A stretch of DNA of 64,000 bases, taken from contig PLCF01000014.1 of assembly GCA_003135555.1 (NCBI GenBank), forward strand, positions 1-64,000. The letters run 5' to 3'. This document shows, one piece after another, positions 56,457 through 64,000 of the stretch; position 1 is the first letter of the stretch; each line of letters opens with the position of its first letter. Source of the DNA: Vulcanimicrobiota bacterium. GTDB lineage: Bacteria > Vulcanimicrobiota > Vulcanimicrobiia > Vulcanimicrobiales > Vulcanimicrobiaceae. The notes under the pieces are model-generated. The model saw only the letters and a program-made list of their open reading frames with translations, was not told the DNA's origin and did not search any database. A program made the translations under genes and the position numbers.

Positions 56457-57644
56457 GTGGCCCCGCCGACCCTGGCGATCGACGTCCCGGCGGAGGTCGC
56501 GGCCGAGGTCGTTGCGACCCGGCGCGATCTGCACGAGCACCCCGAGCTGGGCTTCGAGGAGCACCGCACCGCCGCACTGGTCGCGGACCGCCTGCGTGAG
56601 CTGGGTTTCGAGGTCCACACCGGGATCGGCCAAACCGGCGTGGTCGGCGTCCTGCGCGGTGCGCGCTCAGGCAAGACGATCATGCTGCGCGCCGACATGG
56701 ACGCACTGCCTATCGACGAGGAGAACCTCGTCCCGTACCGCTCGCGCACGGCGGAACATATGCACGCCTGCGGCCACGACGGCCACGTCGCGATGCTGCT
56801 CGGCGCCGCGCGGATCGTCATGTCGCGCCGCGACGACGTCGCGGGGACGGTGTGTTTTCTGTTTCAGCCGGCGGAAGAAGGCAAGGGCGGCGCGCGGGCG
56901 ATGGTCGAGGACGGCGTGCTCGAGCGTTTCGGGATCGAGCGCGCCTACGGATTGCATTTGGCGTCGGTGCATCCGGTCGGGCAGATCGGCTTTCACGAAG
57001 GCGCATTTTACGCGTCGAGCGACTCGATCGAGATCACCGTCGAAGGCAAGGGCGGTCACGGCGCGTCGCCTCACTTGTCGATCGATCCGATCTACGTCGC
57101 CTCACAGTTCGTCGTCGCGCTGCAACAGATCGTCTCGCGCAACGTCGATCCCATCGAGCCCGCGGTCGTAACGATCGGTTCGTTTCACGGCGGCACGACG
57201 CACAACGTGATTCCCAGCCGTGTGCGCCTGCTCGGCACCGTGCGCGCGTTCGACGCCGGCGTGCGCGCGAAGATGGCCGAACGCATCGAGCGCGTGCTGC
57301 GCGGCATCTGCGAAAGCTCCGGCGCGACCTACACGTTCGAATACCTGTGGCGTTATCCGGTCACGACCAACGACGTCGAGCAAACGCGCTACGTGAAGGC
57401 GCTCGCCGGGCGCGTCGTGAGCCTCGGCCGTGTGGCCGACGTGCCCAAGCTCATGGGTGCGGAGGACTTCTCGTTCTTTGCCGAGCGCGTGCCGGCGTGC
57501 TTCTTCACGATCGGCAGCAACGGCGGGCCGGACAGCGCCTGGCCGCACCACCACGCCCGCTTCGATATCGACGAGGCGGCGCTGCAAACCGGCGTGCGCA
57601 TGATGATCGCGCTCGCGCTCGACGCGCCGCTGCACGCTCCCTAA
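56457..57644 (+). CDS. M20 family amidohydrolase
   Basis: HPELGFEE, LRADMDALP, MHACGHDGH, FQPAEE and EDFS motifs. Confidence 0.93.
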   Translation: MAPPTLAIDVPAEVAAEVVATRRDLHEHPELGFEEHRTAALVADRLRELGFEVHTGIGQTGVVGVLRGARSGKTIMLRADMDALPIDEENLVPYRSRTAEHMHACGHDGHVAMLLGAARIVMSRRDDVAGTVCFLFQPAEEGKGGARAMVEDGVLERFGIERAYGLHLASVHPVGQIGFHEGAFYASSDSIEITVEGKGGHGASPHLSIDPIYVASQFVVALQQIVSRNVDPIEPAVVTIGSFHGGTTHNVIPSRVRLLGTVRAFDAGVRAKMAERIERVLRGICESSGATYTFEYLWRYPVTTNDVEQTRYVKALAGRVVSLGRVADVPKLMGAEDFSFFAERVPACFFTIGSNGGPDSAWPHHHARFDIDEAALQTGVRMMIALALDAPLHAP

Positions 57645-57678
57645 GCGGCGTGCACGCCGGCGTTCGCCCGATCGGGCG

Positions 57679-57903
57679 TCAGTTGAACGACGGGGCGCGC
57701 CGGCGTTCGGCCAGCTCGGCGGGCGGGCGCGGATAGCACCGGCCCATAATCTCGCGTAGCGTCGTTCGGCAGCCGCAGGTGCGCGAGGGCGCACTGCGTC
57801 CGAGCATCAGGGCCCGGCACCCGTCGAGAAAGTGCAGCGAGGCGCGATGGCCGCAATCCTCGCAGATAGGCGGCAGCAGGGCCGCTACGTTGGGCTCGCT
57901 CAC
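57679..57903 (-). CDS. Small Cys/His putative zinc-binding protein
   Basis: CEDCGH...H...C...CGC pattern; CATACT -10-like box 7 nt upstream of the GTG. Confidence 0.5.
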   Translation of the reverse strand: MSEPNVAALLPPICEDCGHRASLHFLDGCRALMLGRSAPSRTCGCRTTLREIMGRCYPRPPAELAERRRAPSFN

Positions 57904-57936
57904 AGCTCGGAGTATGGCGGCCGGGACTTTCGGGGC

Positions 57937-57966
57937 GCTTACGGTTCGCTTACGGCGGGCTTACGG
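57937..57966. repeat. Three direct repeats gcttacgg with 11-bp period
   Basis: Exact 8-mers at 57937, 57948 and 57959. Confidence 0.75.
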
Positions 57967-58151
57967 CGCCGGGGGTCCGGCGCGCGGGGCTTGCAGCTTT
58001 GCGACCATGCGCGGGGCTAGGCGCCGCGGCAGCAGCCGCGTCAGCCACGGCAGCGCCTTGTTCGCCAGCCCCGGAATGGCCAGGACACGCGCGCCAGCTC
58101 CAGCCCGATCCCGCCGGAGGCGCCGGTGACCAGCGCCGTACCACGGGCCAC
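57961..58151 (-). pseudogene. SDR oxidoreductase remnant with large internal deletion
   Basis: N-terminal VARGTALVTGASGGIGLELARV is joined out of frame to C-terminal RVLAIPGLANKALPWLTRLLPRR...stop. Confidence 0.75.
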
Positions 58152-58156
58152 GCGCC

Positions 58157-59170
58157 TTACGCCACGATCTGACCGGCCGCGGCCGGCGTTGCGCGCGCGA
58201 TCAAGCCGCCGCGCATCGCTGCGGTCGCCGCGCCGACCGCGCCCGCATCATTGCCCAGCGTCGCGCGCACGATCCGCGTCGTGCCGCGCGGCACCATCGT
58301 GGTGCGCGCTTCGACCAGCGGCTTGACGTGTTCGAGCATGAAATCTCCGGCGCTCGAAACGCCGCCGCCCAGCGCGATGACCTCGGGATTGACGAACGCG
58401 ATCACGTTGGAGAGGCCCAGCGCCAAGTCTTCACAGTACGCGCTCCAAGCGGCAACGGCATGCGCGTCGCCGCGTTGCGCCGCCTTGCGGATTCGCTTCG
58501 ACCCCAGCCGGTCGCGCCAGGGCCGCGGATCGTCGTCCTTGGGCGGGTCCAGCAGCGCGCTGCGCGGGAACGACGGCGCGAGACGAAACGCGTGCCGAAT
58601 CAGCCCCGTCCCGGAAGCCTGCGCTTCGAAGCAGCCGACTTTCCCGCAGGCGCAGATGAAACCGGTGTCGGGACGGATGGTATGGTGACCGATCTCTCCG
58701 GCGCCCATCTGGTGGCCCAGCGAAAGCGCCCCCTGTGCGACGATGCCGCCCCCGATCCCCGTCCCGAGGGTCAACAGGACGAAGTCCTGCGTTCCCTGGC
58801 CGACGCCGTGCGCGTACTCGCCCAGCGTCGCGCAACGCGCATCGTTGGCGACGAAGACGGGGTACTTCGGAAACGCATCGCGCACGCGCTGACCGAGCGG
58901 CACGTTCTCCCAACCGAAGTTGGGCGAGTAGCGGATCGTGCCGCTCGACGGGTCGATGTTGCCCGGCGAACCGATGCCGATGCCGGCGACGTCGTGCTTG
59001 GTCGCCGCGATCGCGCTGCGGACGACGTCGGCGAGCGCCGCGATCACCGCGGCAGGATCGTGGTCCTCGATCTCGTGCTCGAACCGGGCGTGGATGAGTC
59101 CGGCCTCGTCGACCGCGGCCGCCATCACGTGCGAGCCGCCCAGATCGACGCCGATCGCCGCGCGCGCCAT
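58157..59170 (-). CDS. ROK family sugar kinase (glucokinase-like)
   Basis: GVDLGG, ANDA, GTGIGGG, EIGH, CACG..GCFEA and LGNDAG. Start MARAAI. Confidence 0.9.
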   Translation of the reverse strand: MARAAIGVDLGGSHVMAAAVDEAGLIHARFEHEIEDHDPAAVIAALADVVRSAIAATKHDVAGIGIGSPGNIDPSSGTIRYSPNFGWENVPLGQRVRDAFPKYPVFVANDARCATLGEYAHGVGQGTQDFVLLTLGTGIGGGIVAQGALSLGHQMGAGEIGHHTIRPDTGFICACGKVGCFEAQASGTGLIRHAFRLAPSFPRSALLDPPKDDDPRPWRDRLGSKRIRKAAQRGDAHAVAAWSAYCEDLALGLSNVIAFVNPEVIALGGGVSSAGDFMLEHVKPLVEARTTMVPRGTTRIVRATLGNDAGAVGAATAAMRGGLIARATPAAAGQIVA

Positions 59171-59796
59171 CAGTGCGGCGCCGCCGTCGCAGCCGGCGCC
59201 GGAGTCGGCGGAGCGACGCCCGCCGGGGCCTCGATCGTGTTGGCCGGATCGTTCCAGCGGTCGTAGGTGACGCGCAACGGCGCCGACACGCCGAGCACCA
59301 CGATCGTGCAAGCGCGCGGGCGATAGGTCGCCTTGTCGTAGGTGCACTCCATCGAGCCGTTGAGCTGCGTGTTTCCCTGCGCTTGCGAGCTGAACGCGCC
59401 CCAGGTGGTGTCGGACTCCGTGCGGTCGGGCAGCGGCCGCAGGGGCGTATCGGCGGCACCCATATACAACCGGTTCTTGCGCGTGCGTTTGACCGGCGGG
59501 ATCGCGTAGGACTGCCAAACACCGTCGGCTCCGCGGTAGTACATGCTCGTTCCGACGACCACCGACTCCGACGCGACGCCGCCCAGCGTGGAGAGGATCC
59601 GGACCCGGTCTTGACCGACCGCAAGGATGTCCAGGCTCACGCCGGGGCCCAGGACGGCGATCCGGTAGGAGGCGGCGCCGGTTATCGCGCCGTCGACCTT
59701 GGCGGAAAGCGTCGCGGCGTCGTCGGCCGCCGCCGGTGAGCGCGAGCCCGCGACGAGAACGATGGCGAGCGCGCCGACCGACCAGATCCTGTGCAT
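59170..59796 (-). CDS. Secreted hypothetical protein (possible LolA/LppX-like fold)
   Basis: Signal peptide, beta-rich sequence, VVGTSMYY and YDRWNDP..IEAP; TGATG coupling to the ROK gene. Confidence 0.55.
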   Translation of the reverse strand: MHRIWSVGALAIVLVAGSRSPAAADDAATLSAKVDGAITGAASYRIAVLGPGVSLDILAVGQDRVRILSTLGGVASESVVVGTSMYYRGADGVWQSYAIPPVKRTRKNRLYMGAADTPLRPLPDRTESDTTWGAFSSQAQGNTQLNGSMECTYDKATYRPRACTIVVLGVSAPLRVTYDRWNDPANTIEAPAGVAPPTPAPAATAAPH

Positions 59797-59923
59797 GCCG
59801 TTCGATTCCCGGCCCACCGCATCCGATCCGCCGTCCGCCCGGCACGGCGTCCTCGGGGTTCGCCGGGAGAGCGGGGCGAGCGAGCCGCCGGGTTCGTGCG
59901 GCGTCGACCCCGAACCATGCCGC

Positions 59924-60649
59924 ATGCAAGAGACGATCGATCTCATCGGACACCGCGAGCTTCGCAACCTTCAGCGCTACACGCGAGAGACCGGTCAGCC
60001 GACAAAGCTGAGCGACCTCGATCTCGAGCCGATGACCAGCTTCCAGTCAATTGAGATCGACGAAGAGCACGTCACGATCCACTACAACAAGACGACGAAG
60101 CGCCGCTACAACGCCAACGAAGTCACCCACAAAGAGTGGGTGTACAAATACAACGACGACCCCGAGTACGTCGAGGCGCTGCGCCGCGTGATCGAGCTGT
60201 CGCGCAAGCATCTCTACGATCTTCCCGAGAACCTGGCGTGCCCGCCGGGCTGCGCCGAGTGCTGCAGCGGCTACGAGCCGTTCGTCAGCCGCGTCGACGT
60301 GCAGCGCATCGCCGACCACCTCAAGATGTCCTACGACGACGTGATGAACGAATACGTCGTCAAGCGCGATTCGGCCGACGGCTTCAGCGTCGGCTGGCTG
60401 CGCAAGGTCGACGCGAAGGGCGCATCCAGCGAGGACACCACGGACAAATGCGTGTTCCTGATGGGATCGCGCTCGGGTCGCTACTATTGCGGGATCTACC
60501 AGGCGCGCCCGGCCGACTGCGGCGCGTTCACCCCGATCGGCTGCGAGGACGTGGACACGGCGCTTCCGCGCCGCGGCGAGTACAAGCCCGGACGACCGTT
60601 CGAGCCCAACCGCAAGCGCGCCGCGCGCAACGGACGCATGTCGAAGTGA
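59924..60649 (+). CDS. YkgJ family (CxxCxxCC-type) cysteine-cluster protein
   Basis: CPPGCAECC, CVFL and CGIYQARPADC. Start MQETID. Confidence 0.8.
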   Translation: MQETIDLIGHRELRNLQRYTRETGQPTKLSDLDLEPMTSFQSIEIDEEHVTIHYNKTTKRRYNANEVTHKEWVYKYNDDPEYVEALRRVIELSRKHLYDLPENLACPPGCAECCSGYEPFVSRVDVQRIADHLKMSYDDVMNEYVVKRDSADGFSVGWLRKVDAKGASSEDTTDKCVFLMGSRSGRYYCGIYQARPADCGAFTPIGCEDVDTALPRRGEYKPGRPFEPNRKRAARNGRMSK

Positions 60650-62241
60650 CCGACCGCGCGCCGTATGACGCTATCGTCATCGGCGGCGGTCACAACGGTC
60701 TGGTCACGGCGTGCTACCTGGCGCGCGCGAAGTGGAAGGTGCTCGTCGTGGAGCGCCGCTACATCGTCGGCGGGGCGTGCGTTACCGAAGAGAACATCTT
60801 CCCGGGATACAAAGTCTCGACCGCGGCCTACGTCAACAGTCTGTTCCGACCCGAGATCATTCGCGACTTGCACCTGCGCGACTACGGCTTCCAGCTGCTC
60901 GAGCGCAGCCCGTCGTCGTTCTCTCCCTTCGCCGGCGGCCGCTACCTCATGCTCGGCGCGGACCCGGCGTTCAACGAACGCGAGATCGCCAAGTTCAGCC
61001 CGGCCGACGCTCAGAGTTACCCGAGGTATCTGGCGATGCTCGAGCGCGTCGCCGCGGTGATCGAGCCGACCCTGACCCAAACCCCGCCCAATCCGGTGCG
61101 CCCGGGGATCGGCGACCTGCTGGCGCTGGGGCGGCTCGGCCTGGGCGCGAAGCGGCTCGACGGAGCGCTGGGCGAGGCGGTCGAGATCCTGACCGGCGCA
61201 GCGCGGCCGATCCTCGATCGCTGGTTCGAATCCGAAGAGCTCAAGGCGACGCTGGCGACCGACGCGATCATCGGCGCGTTCGCCGCACCGTCGATGCCCG
61301 GCACGGCGTACGTCCTGTTCCACCACGTCATGGGCGAGACCAACGGCGCGCGCGGCGTGTGGAGCTACGTCAAGGGCGGGATGGGCGGGCTCACCCAAGC
61401 GCTGGCGCGCGCCGCGACCGAGCTCGGTGTCGAGATCCGCACCGAAGCCGAGGTGACGCGCATCCTGGTCGAAAACGGGGCCGCCACCGGCGTGGTCTTG
61501 GCCAACGGTGACGAGCTGCGCGCGCAGCACGTCGCCAGCGGCGTCGACTGCCGGTTGACGTTCGAGACCTTCCTCGAGCCGCATCAGCTGCCCGCGGAGT
61601 TTCTCGCCGAGATCAGGCGTATCGACTACAGCAGCGCCTCGGTGAAGATCAACGTCGCACTCTCCGCGCTTCCGAACTTCAGCGCGTGTCCGGGGAGCGA
61701 GGCCGGACCGCAGCACCGCGGAACGATCCATCTCTGCCCGGATCAAGATTACATCGAGCGCAGCTACGACGAAGCGAAATACGGTGTCCCGTCGTCGCGC
61801 CCGGTCGTCGAGTGTACGATCCCGTCAGCGGTCGACCCGACCGTCGCGCCCGCGGGGCGCCACCTCATGTCGATGTTCTGTCAGTATGCGCCGTATCGGC
61901 TGCGCGACGGGCACTGGGACGACGCCGCACGGAACGCCTTCGCCGACAGCTGCTTCGACGTGGTGGAAGAGTACGCACCGGGCTTCAATGCCACGGTGCT
62001 CGATCGCCAGGTGCTCAGCCCGGTCGACATCGAGGCGACTTTCGGGCTCACCGGCGGCAACATTTTTCAGGGGTCGATGAGTCTGAACAAGTTGTTCATG
62101 TTTCGTCCCGTGCCGGGCTACGCTAACTACCGCACGCCGATCAAGCGGCTCTTCCTGTGCGGATCGGCGGCGCACCCCGGCGGCGGCGTGATGGGCGCAT
62201 CGGGCTGGAACGCCGCCCGCGAAATGCTCAAAAGCCGCTGA
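60646..62241 (+). CDS. Phytoene-dehydrogenase-like FAD oxidoreductase (PYROXD2-like)
   Basis: IGGGHNGL, GGMG.L, TGGNIF.G and AHPGGGV.G motifs; GTGA overlap. Confidence 0.88.
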   Translation: MTDRAPYDAIVIGGGHNGLVTACYLARAKWKVLVVERRYIVGGACVTEENIFPGYKVSTAAYVNSLFRPEIIRDLHLRDYGFQLLERSPSSFSPFAGGRYLMLGADPAFNEREIAKFSPADAQSYPRYLAMLERVAAVIEPTLTQTPPNPVRPGIGDLLALGRLGLGAKRLDGALGEAVEILTGAARPILDRWFESEELKATLATDAIIGAFAAPSMPGTAYVLFHHVMGETNGARGVWSYVKGGMGGLTQALARAATELGVEIRTEAEVTRILVENGAATGVVLANGDELRAQHVASGVDCRLTFETFLEPHQLPAEFLAEIRRIDYSSASVKINVALSALPNFSACPGSEAGPQHRGTIHLCPDQDYIERSYDEAKYGVPSSRPVVECTIPSAVDPTVAPAGRHLMSMFCQYAPYRLRDGHWDDAARNAFADSCFDVVEEYAPGFNATVLDRQVLSPVDIEATFGLTGGNIFQGSMSLNKLFMFRPVPGYANYRTPIKRLFLCGSAAHPGGGVMGASGWNAAREMLKSR

Positions 62242-62339
62242 CGCCGCACGCCTGCGTTCGCCGAAACGGCGCGAGAGAGGCGGCGGTCGCGGCGAAGCGG
62301 AAGGCGGTTTCCTCGACCACTTTTCGGAGGCATCATTCG

Positions 62340-62825
62340 ATGAAATTCCACCTTTCCACGGCCGCCCTCGGCGCGGCGCTCGTGTTCGCCGCGACCGTAC
62401 CGGTCGGCGCGCAAGGCACCGGCGGTTCGCCCGGCCACATGAGCAAAAAGCCCGCCATGATGATGGCCGGGCCGCATCAGGTCACGGTCGCGCTCAAAGC
62501 CCTCAACGGTTCGGGCGAGTCCGGCAAGGCCGTTCTCAAGGACACGGCGGGCGGTCTGTCGGTGATGCTCACGCTGACCGGCGGCCCCGCCGGCGTAGCC
62601 CAGCCCGCGCACATCCACAAAGGCACCTGCGCGAAGCTCGACCCCAAGCCCGAGTACCCATTGACCAGCGTGGTCGGCGACGTGTCGAAGACCACCGTCC
62701 CCGGCGTGACGATCGCGAAGCTGCTGGCCGGCCCCAACGCGATCAACGTCCACAAGTCTGCCAAGGCGATCCCGACCTACGTGTCATGCGGCGACATCGC
62801 TGCAATGAAGCACGGGTCGATGTAA
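62340..62825 (+). CDS. Secreted CHRD/SOD-like-fold protein, paralog 1
   Basis: RBS ggagg, signal peptide and QPAHIHKGTC...INVH...YVSCG. Confidence 0.7.
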   Translation: MKFHLSTAALGAALVFAATVPVGAQGTGGSPGHMSKKPAMMMAGPHQVTVALKALNGSGESGKAVLKDTAGGLSVMLTLTGGPAGVAQPAHIHKGTCAKLDPKPEYPLTSVVGDVSKTTVPGVTIAKLLAGPNAINVHKSAKAIPTYVSCGDIAAMKHGSM

Positions 62826-62846
62826 CGGTTTCTTGACCCATCCTGC

Positions 62847-62879
62847 GAGGGGGCCGTCGTTGCGGTCCCCTCTTTTTTT
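62847..62879 (+). terminator. Intrinsic terminator
   Basis: GC-rich hairpin followed by T7. Confidence 0.8.
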
Positions 62880-62941
62880 CGCAGGCTGAGGACAGCGTGC
62901 CGCGAAGGGATGCCAACTCGCTTCTAGTGGGAGGTTTTCGC

Positions 62942-63364
62942 TTGCTGAAGTCCGTTCTGTTCGCCGCCGCCGGTGCGGCGCTCGTCATCGGGGTAACCGC
63001 CCAGGCCCCCACACCGGTACGCAAGATGCCGAGTCAGCTTCGCTTGGCCGCGCAAAACAATTCAGCCGAGCAGGGTACTGCCACGCTGTATGACGGCGTC
63101 AACGGACTCATCGTGAAGCTGCGCCTCGCGGGCGGTGCCGAAGGGGTCGACCAGCCGGCGCACATTCACAAGGGGACGTGCGACAAGCTCGATCCGAAGC
63201 CGACGTACGGGCTCAAGAGCGTGCACGACGGACAATCGGAGACGACCGTCTCGGGGATCACGCTAGCGATGCTGCAGAAGTCGCCGTACGCGATCAACGT
63301 CCACAAGTCGGCCAAGGAGGCTGCGATCTATGTCTCCTGCGGGAACATCACCGCGCCCAAGTAG
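62942..63364 (+). CDS. Secreted CHRD/SOD-like-fold protein, paralog 2
   Basis: RBS ggagg plus TTG start; same QPAHIHKGTC...INVH...YVSCG motifs. Confidence 0.7.
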   Translation: MLKSVLFAAAGAALVIGVTAQAPTPVRKMPSQLRLAAQNNSAEQGTATLYDGVNGLIVKLRLAGGAEGVDQPAHIHKGTCDKLDPKPTYGLKSVHDGQSETTVSGITLAMLQKSPYAINVHKSAKEAAIYVSCGNITAPK

Positions 63365-63974
63365 CCACCCGCCGTTCAACGAGGGTGCCGCGCACAACGC
63401 GGCGCCCTCGCGTTTCGGGGCGCCGTCGCTCGACGAGATGCCCGACGACATCCGCGCGGTCGTCGAGGACTCGCGCGCGAAGCTCGGCTTCGTCCCCAAC
63501 GTCTTTCTGGCGTATGCAAAACGCCCCGAGCACTTCCGCGCCTTCATGCACTATCACGATCTGCTCATGAAGGGACCCAGCGGGCTCTCGCGCGCCGAAC
63601 GCGAGGCGATCGTCGTCGCGGTATCGGCCGAGAACGAGTGCCTGTATTGCGTGACCGCACACGGTGCGGCGCTCCGGATCCTCGGCAAAGACCCGCTCGT
63701 CGCCGACCAGATCGCGACGAACTGGCGCACCGCGGATCTGACGCCGCGCTTGCGTGAGATCCTGACCTTCGCATCGCGCGTGAACGAACCGGGATTCGTC
63801 GCGAGCGACAAAGAGCTCGCCGAGCTCAAGGCGGTCGGCCTGAGCGACGACGACGCTTGGGACATCGCATCGATTGCCGGCTTCTTCGGCTTCTCCAACC
63901 GCATGGCGGGGTTGATGGACATGCGCCCTAACCCGCAATTCTACGCGATGGGACGGCCGGGGACCGCACGGTGA
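63330..63974 (+). CDS. AhpD-like peroxidase-related enzyme
   Basis: LGFVPNVF, ERE.I.VAVS..N.CLYC..AHG and FGFSNR motifs. Start uncertain. Confidence 0.85.
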   Translation: MSPAGTSPRPSSHPPFNEGAAHNAAPSRFGAPSLDEMPDDIRAVVEDSRAKLGFVPNVFLAYAKRPEHFRAFMHYHDLLMKGPSGLSRAEREAIVVAVSAENECLYCVTAHGAALRILGKDPLVADQIATNWRTADLTPRLREILTFASRVNEPGFVASDKELAELKAVGLSDDDAWDIASIAGFFGFSNRMAGLMDMRPNPQFYAMGRPGTAR

Positions 63975-64000
63975 AGCGGCTGCGCGCGGCGCGCCGGTAG

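Noticed and set aside
59797..59820. gttcgattccc resembling a tRNA T-loop or an att site
   Set aside because: No proper T-stem, cloverleaf or CCA end, and no integrase nearby.
63971..64000. GTGA-coupled ORF at the window end
   Set aside because: It closes after nine codons (TAG at 63998-64000).

Overview
This is a GC-rich bacterial chromosomal segment from a diderm organism (two TonB-dependent receptors). The gene repertoire is reminiscent of Candidatus Eremiobacterota/Vulcanimicrobiota, which is inference only. It holds about 58 tightly packed CDSs, mostly core or metabolic: prolyl oligopeptidase, DEAD-box helicase, PAS-GGDEF-EAL protein, acnA, RNase D, a complete reductive pyrimidine catabolism cluster (preT-preA-hydA-ureidopropionase-NCS1 plus a class III aminotransferase), BolA-Grx4, ppk1, an OpuB-like ABC transporter beside egtD, a plant-type MGDG-synthase-like GT28 and a ROK kinase. 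I saw no CRISPR array, rRNA, tRNA, integrase or transposase. The most notable signals are: (1) a His/Cys-bearing membrane leader ORF with a RAPP arrest motif whose codons pair with the Shine-Dalgarno of the downstream TonB-dependent receptor, here shifted by one base into an in-frame fusion; (2) a 24-nt REP-like element sitting in frame inside two unrelated genes in opposite orientations; (3) an orphan transcription unit of about 260 nt with a near-consensus promoter and terminator (candidate ncRNA); (4) an unrecognised 4-Cys module repeated three times across two adjacent secreted proteins; (5) non-canonical start codons (ATC for hydA, CTG for a GGCT); (6) an SDR gene collapsed by a large internal deletion; (7) a small leaderless Cys/His ORF under three 11-bp-period direct repeats. 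All family calls come from motif recognition by eye; no searches were run.
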